From contig JBDRRS010000003.1 of assembly GCA_043825615.1 (NCBI GenBank), positions 125,379-189,378 of the forward strand: a stretch of DNA of 64,000 nucleotides, in the 5' to 3' direction. This stretch comes from a bacterium. GTDB taxonomy: Bacteria > CG03. The position numbers and the translations under genes are program-made. Position 1 is the first letter of the stretch; every line of letters starts with the position of its first letter. Below the pieces are notes generated by a model. The model ran no database searches. It was given only the letters and a program-made list of their open reading frames with translations, and was not told the origin of the DNA. Below, one piece after another: positions 9,139 to 17,789 of this stretch.

Positions 9139-10302
9139 ATGGGAGTTTTTAAGTTTAAAACAAATATAGGGATAATGAGTATAGATTATAGACAAACAAA
9201 GAATTTCCCAACGGAAGTTAGAATAGTATCAAAGGATGATTTCGATAGACATATTGAATTTGATTTAGCCACTCACATTAAAATAGAAATCAATCAGTTC
9301 GTAAGTATTCATGATGATGATGGAACTTATTTGATATATGGTGGTTTAAAAATAAGCAAAATAGAACAAAATCTTGAGAGAATCCGATATTATTGTGATT
9401 TAGATAAAATGATATTTGAAAAAAAAGATGTGTTATACAAGGTTGACCATTGGGAAATTGAATTATTTGGAGTTGATTTTTATTCAGAAGAGATCCTGAG
9501 CGGTGAAATGAGATTCCCTTTTTCTCATAAAATTGATAAACCTTTTAGTTTATTTGAAGTCAAACAGCAATCTTGGGAAATACCATATAAAGGATATGAT
9601 TTTTTTGAAAGCCAAGATTTAATATTTGACCTTGTTAGAATACTTTCAATACTCTCCATGAGAGAAGTATGTTTTGGTGACATAAAAGCGTATAATGAAA
9701 ATAATGAATGTATAAAAGCTCAATTAAATAAACCAAAATATATATTTGAACCGAAACTAGATTATAAAATAGGGAATCTAAAGCTAAAAAAATCCTTAAA
9801 TTTTATTTCTGAATTACCTAATCTTAGTTCAAAAAAATATTCTACGCTGGTTTTTTACTATTTAAATGTATTTCATCAAACCTATGCAGAATTTAGTTTA
9901 GCATTTATGTATCAAGTTTTCGAGTGTATATTTAATTCAAAATGGAAACAAGAAAAAGAATTTCTGAAAATTAAAGAGAAGGGGGAGAAAACAAATGAAT
10001 TAAAGAATGAATACATAGAGAAAAAAATAATAGAAGCTTATCGTGTGCTAAACAAAGATGTACAAAATATATTGGATATTACACCGGGGGAATTCTTTAA
10101 ATTGATTAAAAAAATAAGACAGGTATATTTTCATGCAGGGGATTTAAGTAAAGCACTAAATGAAATGAGAAATAAACTACCAGGCGTTAGAAACGAAGAT
10201 AGAAATTATATTATAGCATTAGGGCAAGTAGTATTATCGGTATTATTACTTTCGGCGGTATATGATTATTCTTTAGAGGATATAGAAGTAACAACTAAAT
10301 AA
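9139..10302 (+). CDS. hypothetical protein (387 aa)
   Basis: ORF in track; last gene of AT-rich island; no motif recognised. Confidence 0.5.
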   Translation: MGVFKFKTNIGIMSIDYRQTKNFPTEVRIVSKDDFDRHIEFDLATHIKIEINQFVSIHDDDGTYLIYGGLKISKIEQNLERIRYYCDLDKMIFEKKDVLYKVDHWEIELFGVDFYSEEILSGEMRFPFSHKIDKPFSLFEVKQQSWEIPYKGYDFFESQDLIFDLVRILSILSMREVCFGDIKAYNENNECIKAQLNKPKYIFEPKLDYKIGNLKLKKSLNFISELPNLSSKKYSTLVFYYLNVFHQTYAEFSLAFMYQVFECIFNSKWKQEKEFLKIKEKGEKTNELKNEYIEKKIIEAYRVLNKDVQNILDITPGEFFKLIKKIRQVYFHAGDLSKALNEMRNKLPGVRNEDRNYIIALGQVVLSVLLLSAVYDYSLEDIEVTTK

Positions 10303-10313
10303 AAAGAAAAACG

Positions 10314-10347
10314 AGATTAGTTCTAATACTTTTCTATCTATTGAAAC
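10314..10347 (+). repeat. intergenic hairpin element weak copy H (GTTCTAATACTTTT)
   Basis: Shares GTTCTAATACTTTT with copy G; 12 nt after stop of the 9139-10302 ORF. Confidence 0.3.
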
Positions 10348-10566
10348 CTGCAGAAAGAAATTACATCCTGACAAAACTATCATTCTCGTGGTCTGAAGAA
10401 CTTCGGGTTTTGTAAAGTACGGGATACGGGTAACGGGGGAAGAACAAATCCCCCTCAATCCCCCTTTACTAAAGGGGGAAAGATTGCCACGGGCTTCGCC
10501 CTCGCAATGGCAGGCCAGGGGGAGGAAAGAACTTTGAGTTAAGAAAGCATTTGGTATAATTGCGCT

Positions 10567-11346
10567 ATGATTGGCGCGATAGCGGGTGATATTATCGGTT
10601 CTGTCTTTGAATGGAATAATATTAAGACGACGGAGTTCCCTTTATTTTGTGACGAATCAATGTTTACGGACGATACAGTATTAACCATAGCGGTTGCCGA
10701 TTGTATATTAAACAGTAAAGATTATGCCGGGACTCTTAAATCATGGGGCAGAAAATATCCGGATGCCGGATACGGGGGAAATTTCGGGGCATGGCTGTAT
10801 AATGAGAGAAGCGAACCGTATAACAGTTGGGGGAACGGGTCGGCTATGAGAGTCAGTCCGGTTGGTTTTGCTTTCGGAACCCTTGAGGAAGTATTGGAAG
10901 AAGCAAAGAAAAGCGCTGAAGTAACCCACAACCATCCTGAAGGAATAAAAGGCGCCCAGGCGGCCGCCGGAGCAATATTTTTAGCGAGGCAGGGTAAAAG
11001 TAAAATTGAAATTAAGGAGTATGTGGAAGAGCAATTTGATTATAACCTGAGCAGAACTCTTGATGAAATCAGACCGTCATATTCCTTTGATGTGAGTTGT
11101 CAGGGCTCTGTGCCCGAAGCTATAACCGCATTTTTAGAGTCAAACAGTTTTGAGGATGCAGTTAGAAAAGCGGTTTCAATAGGAGGGGACAGCGATACGA
11201 TTGCCTGTATAGCGGGCGGAATTGCCCAGGCGTTTTATAAGGAAATTCCTGCGGAAATTATATTGAATGTAAAAAAAAGATTGCCGCCGGATATGCTGGG
11301 GGTTGTTGAAGAATGGAGAAAGAGAATAGTAAATGGTAAATGGTGA
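10567..11346 (+). CDS. ADP-ribosylglycohydrolase family protein (DraG/ARH-like)
   Basis: Family-typical N-terminal GAIAGDIIGS and C-terminal GGDSDTIACIAGGIAQA motifs. Confidence 0.8.
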   Translation: MIGAIAGDIIGSVFEWNNIKTTEFPLFCDESMFTDDTVLTIAVADCILNSKDYAGTLKSWGRKYPDAGYGGNFGAWLYNERSEPYNSWGNGSAMRVSPVGFAFGTLEEVLEEAKKSAEVTHNHPEGIKGAQAAAGAIFLARQGKSKIEIKEYVEEQFDYNLSRTLDEIRPSYSFDVSCQGSVPEAITAFLESNSFEDAVRKAVSIGGDSDTIACIAGGIAQAFYKEIPAEIILNVKKRLPPDMLGVVEEWRKRIVNGKW

Positions 11347-11386
11347 TTAGGGAAGAAGGACGAGAGGTATTTAGTATAATTGTGGT

Positions 11387-12235
11387 ATGAGACTTCATAT
11401 CGTCGTATTATTTTCAATTATTGTCTTATCTCTAACAGCGCCGGTCTATGCGGATAATAAAAATGAGATTAATCTTAATTTAGAATGCTCAAGTTATGCG
11501 GGAACGAGCAGAAATATTAATTATTCTTACCGGTCCGGTAAACTTCCATTAAAATACCAGATAGAGAGTTTTACTTTTCCAAATAAAAGGGTAATCAGGA
11601 GTGTTCTTTCGGGAAGAATTTCATTGGATATGAAATACTTCGAACTTGGCTATGGCTATAATTGTGATAAATTCAGTACTGGCCGCAATGGAATATTACG
11701 TATAGGTTCAAAAAATGCATGGGCGCTTGTACTTAAAGGATTCTACAATGTAGAAGAACAGTTTCTGATTGGTGAAAAGAGAAGATACAATACATCAGCT
11801 TACATGGATATGTTGATAGTGTTTGGTAATTTAATATATTTGAACTTTGATTTGAACATGGTGGGGATGCATGTAACTGATGAAGTTATAGATGAAGATG
11901 GAGCATGTAGGGACACTATTAAAGAAGAATCAGATTTTATTTCAGATGCTGAATTTAGTTTAAAAATAAAACTGTTTCCCAGAAGGAAAATATCATATTT
12001 CGTTGGAATAGGTGGGATAAGCAATGAAAATATACATTATGGCGAGAACACTGAAGATTATTGTTTTGTTGGCTATTTTGAGATACTTAATCAGATAAAT
12101 AAGAATATTCATTGGAATATTTCTTTCAAGTGCGGAAATGGTGAAAAGAGTTATCGTACAGGAGAGTTCGAACCCTCGACGAATTCAAGCCAAAAGATGA
12201 TTGGATTGTTTACAAGCGTTTCTTATAAATTGTAA
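11387..12235 (+). CDS. hypothetical secreted protein
   Basis: N-terminal signal peptide-like MRLHIVVLFSIIVLSLTAPVYA; no motif recognised. Confidence 0.45.
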   Translation: MRLHIVVLFSIIVLSLTAPVYADNKNEINLNLECSSYAGTSRNINYSYRSGKLPLKYQIESFTFPNKRVIRSVLSGRISLDMKYFELGYGYNCDKFSTGRNGILRIGSKNAWALVLKGFYNVEEQFLIGEKRRYNTSAYMDMLIVFGNLIYLNFDLNMVGMHVTDEVIDEDGACRDTIKEESDFISDAEFSLKIKLFPRRKISYFVGIGGISNENIHYGENTEDYCFVGYFEILNQINKNIHWNISFKCGNGEKSYRTGEFEPSTNSSQKMIGLFTSVSYKL

Positions 12236-12249
12236 TTAGAGGGTTTTTT

Positions 12250-13167
12250 TTATTCGGGATATTCTTCTTCGTCGTCTTTCTCCGGAGAGATAAAGGATAT
12301 TTTGTAGGTTTTCCCGTTCGTCACTATTCTGATTGTTCCGTCCGTGTCGGTTCTGCATACGAGTGAGCCGTAATTTCTTAATCTGTTTATTACGCCGCTC
12401 TGCGGGTGTCCCCATGTGTTCGGACCGACGCAGATGATGGATACCAGCGGCTGCGCCCAGTCCAGAAACCAGTTTTGTGTAAGAGAGTTTTCAGAGCCGT
12501 GATGCGGGACCTTTAAAACAGTGCAGAGAAGATCGTCCTTGAAGGAGCGGACTATTTTCCGGCCCGCCGCTGCTTCCGCGTCACCGGTGAAGAGAAAAGA
12601 AACATCTTTGTAGGTCAGTTTGAAGACAACAGAGTTATCGTTCGCCGGTGACCCTCCGCGCCTTAGGTATTTTTTAGGGGGGTGCAGGATTTTGATTTGG
12701 CAGTCTTTGTCCCAATCCAGCTCATCGCCTGCGTGCACCTCTATCAGGGATATGTCTTTTTTTTCGGCAATCTTCAGTATCAGTTCGTAATCTTCTTCAT
12801 CCGGGGGGAAACCCGAATCCACGATGGTGCCCACATCAAATTCTTGGACAACGGGCCTGATGCCTCCGATGTGATCGCTGTGCGGATGGCTCATGATGAT
12901 ATAATCAATGTATTTTATACCCATTTTCTTGAGGAAAGGAACAACGATTGTTGAGCCGGCGTCAAACGGGTTCCATCCGACACCGCCGCTTCCGCCGTCC
13001 GAAAGCACTGTTTTGCCGCCCGGAAGTTGTATGAGAGCGCAATCTCCCTGTCCGACGTCAATAAAGGTTATCCTGAGAAGTTTTTCAGGCGGGTTTTGGG
13101 GCGCTGCGGTTATACCGGATACGAGAAAAATGAGCGCAGCCGCGCATATTTTTATTGGGATTTTCAT
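12250..13167 (-). CDS. MBL-fold metallo-hydrolase, ComEC/Rec2 C-terminal-domain-like, secreted
   Basis: HPHSDH motif, DVGQGD, HHGS; signal peptide. Confidence 0.75.
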   Translation of the reverse strand: MKIPIKICAAALIFLVSGITAAPQNPPEKLLRITFIDVGQGDCALIQLPGGKTVLSDGGSGGVGWNPFDAGSTIVVPFLKKMGIKYIDYIIMSHPHSDHIGGIRPVVQEFDVGTIVDSGFPPDEEDYELILKIAEKKDISLIEVHAGDELDWDKDCQIKILHPPKKYLRRGGSPANDNSVVFKLTYKDVSFLFTGDAEAAAGRKIVRSFKDDLLCTVLKVPHHGSENSLTQNWFLDWAQPLVSIICVGPNTWGHPQSGVINRLRNYGSLVCRTDTDGTIRIVTNGKTYKISFISPEKDDEEEYPE

Positions 13168-13272
13168 TACGATATTGTAATAATTAAAAGCCGGAACGCA
13201 AAAAGTTCAAGGGAAGAGGCGGGTAACGGGGAGCGGGCCGGGGCTTTGCAATAAAAGAAAGGGTAAAAGAAA

Positions 13273-13359
13273 GGGGACGGTTCTAATACTTTTTGGGCGG
13301 GGCAAAATAAGAAACACCGTTGGTTTCGGGGAAATGTCATATTGTAAAGCACCGTCCCC
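13273..13359 (+). repeat. intergenic hairpin element copy G (outside the AT-rich island)
   Basis: GGGGACGGTTCTAATACTTTTTGGG...; distal complement CACCGTCCCC at 13350-13359; upstream of ankyrin gene. Confidence 0.45.
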
Positions 13360-13382
13360 ATTGCTAAAATATAAAAAGCGAA

Positions 13383-14426
13383 ATGAAGAGAATCTTTAGG
13401 TTTGGAACCGTTGTTATTCTGCCGTTCATTTACTCCGTCGTTTATTGTTACGCATCAAGCGAGGAGTTATTAACGGCGATAAGGGACGGTGATATAGAAC
13501 AGGTCAATGCATTAATTCAGGCCGGTACCGATATCAACGCCAATGACGAAACCGGCTGGATAACGCCGCTGATGCAGGCGGCTTTTACCGATTCTTTTTA
13601 TATAACGAAGTTACTGATAGAAAACGGAGTGGATGTCAACGCTAGAAATAATTCCGGCTTTACGGCGCTGATATTTGCGGTCGCCGAAAAATCCCTTGTT
13701 GTTGCAAGGCTTCTTATAGAAGCCGGCGCGAATGTTAATGTTAAAGGCGATAACGGTCTGACGCCGCTGATGGTAGGCGCTTTGAACCAGTCATACGCTC
13801 TGGTAAATTTACTGCTTGAAAAAGGAGCTGATATCAATCTCAAAAACAGCGAAGGAAAGACGGTAATAAAGCTGGCCGGAGAAAAAGGCTATGATAAAAT
13901 AGTCGCCCTGCTTGAGAGTTACAGAGAGTTAAAAACTGTTAAGGAGGTTCCTGTAACAGCCCCGAAAGAGCCCAGCCCCGCGCCCTTCAATCCGCTGGCG
14001 GAGTGGGCCACCGGCAGGGGATGGATTGGAAAGGATATCAAACTGATAAATGCCGCCCGGGGGAATTCTCTGGAAGCGGTAAAATCGCTGATAAAGGAAG
14101 AGGTTGATATCAATGCCGTGACCAGAACCGGGACGACGGCGCTGATGTGGGCGGCTTTTCACAATTCTCCGGATATTGCGGGGCTGCTGCTTGAAAAGGG
14201 CGCCGACGTCAATCTTAAAAATAATAACGGAATGACGGCGCTGATATTCGCTGCGGGCGCGAATTCTCTGGCCATGGCAAAATTACTGCTTGAAAAAGGG
14301 GCGGATATGGAAGCGGTGAGCGTTCACGGCGTAACGTCTTTGATAGCGGCGGACACTAACGGTTATGAAGAAATGAGAATTTTTCTGACGAAGTATAAGG
14401 GGAAACGTAATGAATTTTCTTATTAG
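13383..14426 (+). CDS. ankyrin repeat protein with signal peptide
   Basis: Repeated TPLM.AA...LLLE.GADVN ankyrin units. Confidence 0.8.
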   Translation: MKRIFRFGTVVILPFIYSVVYCYASSEELLTAIRDGDIEQVNALIQAGTDINANDETGWITPLMQAAFTDSFYITKLLIENGVDVNARNNSGFTALIFAVAEKSLVVARLLIEAGANVNVKGDNGLTPLMVGALNQSYALVNLLLEKGADINLKNSEGKTVIKLAGEKGYDKIVALLESYRELKTVKEVPVTAPKEPSPAPFNPLAEWATGRGWIGKDIKLINAARGNSLEAVKSLIKEEVDINAVTRTGTTALMWAAFHNSPDIAGLLLEKGADVNLKNNNGMTALIFAAGANSLAMAKLLLEKGADMEAVSVHGVTSLIAADTNGYEEMRIFLTKYKGKRNEFSY

Positions 14427-16503
14427 GCCGTCCCGTCCGTCGTCGGCGGGAGCCCTTCTCGGGGTTTCGCTCTTATTTTTAATCGTCCCTGAAGTTAAGG
14501 CGGAGGTCTGGACAACTTATACAAACGCCACGACCGTCGGCGGGCTCGTTAATAACAATGTTCATGTAATAGTAATAGACGGAAACAATAAATGGTTCGG
14601 AACAAACACCGGCGTGAGCAAATTCGACGGGGAAGTCTGGAAGTCCTATACAACCGGAGACGGCCTTGCCAAAAGCAATGTCCGGGCGATAGCAATAAGC
14701 GGAAACGGAAGTAAATGGTTCGGATTCGGAAGTTCAGGGGGCGGCGTAAGCATGTTAGATGTGACTGAACAAGTTTGGGAAACCTATACGACTGCGGATG
14801 GGCTTGTTAGTAATGTTGTTTATGCAATAGCGATAGACGGAAACGATAAATGGTTCGGCACGAGCGGAGGTGCGTGTAAGTATGGCGAATCGGGATGGAG
14901 CACCTATACGGCTACGAATAGCGGTCTTGTCTATAACAGTGTCACGGCAATAGCGATAGACGGCAGCGGTAATAAATGGTTCGGCACGGGCCAGGGCGTA
15001 AGCGTGTTAGACGCGGCTGAACAATCATGGAATTCCTATACGACTGCAAACAGTGGAATTGTTAATAATTATATCCAGGCGATGGCGATAGACGGAAACG
15101 ATAAATGGTTCGGCGCTTATAATGCCGGCGTGAGCAGTTTTGACGGAGAGAACTGGACGACTTATACAAAACCCCCGGCCGGCGGCGGTCTTGTTGATAA
15201 TAATATTCTGGCAATAGCAATAGACGGCAGCGGTAATAAATGGTTCGGCACGAGCGGCGGAGTGAGCAAGTTTAACGGGAATGAATGGATAACCTATAAA
15301 ACTGCCGATGGCCTTGCCGATGATTATGTCCAGGCAATAGCGATAGACGGGGACGGTAATAAATGGTTCGGAACAAGCAGCGGAGTGAGCAGGTTTGATG
15401 ATATCGGCATCAGCGGCGGTATTACGGACACTGAAGATGCGGGCATGAACGGGGTAACGGTAAATCTTACGGGAGCGGAAACAAGGACGGCGACAACAAC
15501 TGCCGACGGAAATTATCAGTTCAGCGACCTCACGCCGGGCAATTACATAATAACTCCGGTTAAAAGCGGTTATACATTCCTGCCGGTTTCCATCAGCACG
15601 GGTTCTCTCGCCGGCGACCTCGTGGAGCAGAATTTTACCGGGGACAGACCGCCGAACGTTCCCGCCGTCGTAACGCCGCTGGACGGAGCAGTTGATGTTT
15701 CAACCGGAACGGCGCTTACCTGGACGGGCGGGGACCCCGACACGGGCGATACGGTGACTTATGACGTTTATTTTTCCTCTTTTTCGCCGCCTTCCTTCAA
15801 AATAAATCAATCAGGCGCGACATATAACCCCGGCGGATTGGACAATAATACGACGTATTACTGGAAAATCGTCGCAAAGGATTCTTACGACGTGGAAACG
15901 GCCGGGCCGGCATGGTCTTTTGTAACGGGGGATATCCCGTTTCCCGTTTATTACATCAAAGGTTACATAAAAGATTCCGGTGAGGAAGGAGTAAGCGGGG
16001 TGACGGTAGAACTTACTGGAGCCGCTGAAGGTTCTGCGGCTACGGATTCATCCGGGTATTATGAATTTACAAATCTGGCGTCGGGAAATTATGCGGTGAC
16101 TCCTTCAAGCGCGGGATGTTTGTTTGCGCCGCCGAACTGGATATATTCCCCGCTGGCCTCCAATCAGGGCGGGCAGGATTTCCACATTGCCGGAATACTT
16201 ACGGGCGAAGGGAACGTTGAGGTCAGGGGAGGGCCAAAGGGTTATATAAAACTGAGCAAGGGCGAAAAGGCCGAGATAATCATGAGGCCGGTGACATCCG
16301 GGCTGGTCACAATCAAAATTTATACTCTGCGGAAAAAACTCGTCTGGAAAAAAGAAATTTATGTAACGGGAGGAACGCAGCCGCTGCCAGTGGTATGGGA
16401 ATGTAAAAATACAGGGTCGGAGCAGGTCGCTTCGGGAACTTATATAGCGCATATAAAAGGAGCGGGATACAACGAAAAGAAATATATTGTTGTCGTCAGG
16501 TAA
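14410..16503 (+). CDS. secreted two-component-regulator-propeller (Reg_prop) repeat protein with carboxypeptidase-regulatory-like domains and T9SS-type C-terminal domain
   Basis: About nine repeats of V.AIAIDGNNKWFGT..GVS; GNY..TP.KSGYTF (CarboxypepD_reg-like); C-terminal SGTYIAHIKGAGYNEKKYIVVVR resembles T9SS/FlgD-Ig sorting domain. Confidence 0.65.
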   Translation: MNFLIRPSRPSSAGALLGVSLLFLIVPEVKAEVWTTYTNATTVGGLVNNNVHVIVIDGNNKWFGTNTGVSKFDGEVWKSYTTGDGLAKSNVRAIAISGNGSKWFGFGSSGGGVSMLDVTEQVWETYTTADGLVSNVVYAIAIDGNDKWFGTSGGACKYGESGWSTYTATNSGLVYNSVTAIAIDGSGNKWFGTGQGVSVLDAAEQSWNSYTTANSGIVNNYIQAMAIDGNDKWFGAYNAGVSSFDGENWTTYTKPPAGGGLVDNNILAIAIDGSGNKWFGTSGGVSKFNGNEWITYKTADGLADDYVQAIAIDGDGNKWFGTSSGVSRFDDIGISGGITDTEDAGMNGVTVNLTGAETRTATTTADGNYQFSDLTPGNYIITPVKSGYTFLPVSISTGSLAGDLVEQNFTGDRPPNVPAVVTPLDGAVDVSTGTALTWTGGDPDTGDTVTYDVYFSSFSPPSFKINQSGATYNPGGLDNNTTYYWKIVAKDSYDVETAGPAWSFVTGDIPFPVYYIKGYIKDSGEEGVSGVTVELTGAAEGSAATDSSGYYEFTNLASGNYAVTPSSAGCLFAPPNWIYSPLASNQGGQDFHIAGILTGEGNVEVRGGPKGYIKLSKGEKAEIIMRPVTSGLVTIKIYTLRKKLVWKKEIYVTGGTQPLPVVWECKNTGSEQVASGTYIAHIKGAGYNEKKYIVVVR

Positions 16504-16511
16504 TTTGTCTA

Positions 16512-17786
16512 ATGTGTAATACAGGGAAGATTTTCTCTATTTGTGTTTTCATAATAATTCAAAGCGCCGTTTATGCGGGAGAAGGGACGGGAGCGGCAAT
16601 ATTCGCCCAGCCCGCCGGCGTAAGAGCGTCCGGAATGGGGGAAGCATATACGTCGGTGGGGGACGACGTGTGCTCTCTTTATTATAATCCGGCCTGCCTT
16701 GCGCGGTTAAGCCGGAAAGAGGCGTCTTTACTTTATCAGTCGGGGGTTATCGGGGACACGTTCGGGTCCTTTAATTTAGGCCTGCCGTTTGAACCGTTCG
16801 TTGCGGCCGTGAGTTATTTCAATTATACCACCGGTAATCTTGATTTGATTGATAGCGGCGGCGGTATCAGGAGCATAAAAGCGGAAGAGGACTATGCGGT
16901 AACATTGTCGGCCGGTTGCAGCCCGTGGGACGGAGCGGACATAGGCCTTAATTTAAAAATGCTCAACTCAACCATTGCCGGGGAATTTACGGCTGCCGCG
17001 CACGCTTTTGATATAGGCGGCGTATATCATGTGATAGAAGACAGTTTATTTTTCGGGTTATCCGTGCAGAACATCGGAGGGGAATTAACGTATGATGCGG
17101 AAACCGAACCGCTTCCGGCAATTATAAGAAGCGGAATTTCTTATAACCAGGAATATTCGCTTATTTCTTTTGATATTGTGAAACCGGGAGACGGCAGTAT
17201 GGAGAAATGCCTGGGCGTCGAGTATTCTTTGCTGGATGGTCTTGCCCTGCGCTGCGGGTACAGGGATATGGGGGATACGGATGAAATAAGCGCCGGTTTC
17301 GGGGTGACGTTATCGGACATGAAAATTGATTACGCCTGGTCGCCGGATTCGGACCTGGGCGACTGCCATAGGTTTTCATTAACTAAGAGGTGGAAATCAA
17401 AAGTCACAAAGGGAAGGGATGACCCCGACTTATCGGGACCGTGGCGGGTTTTTACAAAGGCGAGAGAACTTTTCCGTCTCGGACGGTACAAAGCCGCTCA
17501 AAAGAAATTTAGAGAGGTCCTGAAATCGGTTCCTTCCCATGAAGAATCAAAAAAATGCATTATTCTCTGCCAGAGGAACTTTTATGAGAGTTTGGCGCCG
17601 GAAGCGCAGCAGCGGTATATTGACAGGTGTTTTATGAAAGGCGTAGATATGATTAAGAAGAAGAAATATGATAAAGCAGTTGAGTGCTTTGAAGAGGTTT
17701 ACAACATCAATCCGAAATATCCGCAGGTGAAGGACTATTTACAGTGGACAAGAGATAAATTGAAGGAATATCCGTTCACGAAATGA
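16512..17786 (+). CDS. outer-membrane beta-barrel protein, PorQ/PorV-like N-terminus, C-terminal helical (TPR-like) domain
   Basis: N-terminal GVRASGMGEAYTSVGDDVCSLYYNPACLA resembles the FadL/PorV/PorQ family signature; call is by motif resemblance only. Confidence 0.45.
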   Translation: MCNTGKIFSICVFIIIQSAVYAGEGTGAAIFAQPAGVRASGMGEAYTSVGDDVCSLYYNPACLARLSRKEASLLYQSGVIGDTFGSFNLGLPFEPFVAAVSYFNYTTGNLDLIDSGGGIRSIKAEEDYAVTLSAGCSPWDGADIGLNLKMLNSTIAGEFTAAAHAFDIGGVYHVIEDSLFFGLSVQNIGGELTYDAETEPLPAIIRSGISYNQEYSLISFDIVKPGDGSMEKCLGVEYSLLDGLALRCGYRDMGDTDEISAGFGVTLSDMKIDYAWSPDSDLGDCHRFSLTKRWKSKVTKGRDDPDLSGPWRVFTKARELFRLGRYKAAQKKFREVLKSVPSHEESKKCIILCQRNFYESLAPEAQQRYIDRCFMKGVDMIKKKKYDKAVECFEEVYNINPKYPQVKDYLQWTRDKLKEYPFTK

Positions 17787-17789
17787 TCG

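Noticed and set aside
266-10347. Interpretation of the island as an integron cassette array with attC sites
   Set aside because: The hairpin elements lack the R''/R' core pair (RYYYAAC...GTTRRRY) at their ends and keep loop sequence, unlike attC sites; no integron integrase is in the window. Kept only as a low-probability alternative within the hairpin-element finding.
12160-12185. tRNA-like GTTCGAACCC motif
   Set aside because: Lies inside the 11387-12235 coding ORF and no flanking cloverleaf could be built; no tRNA gene was identified anywhere in the window.
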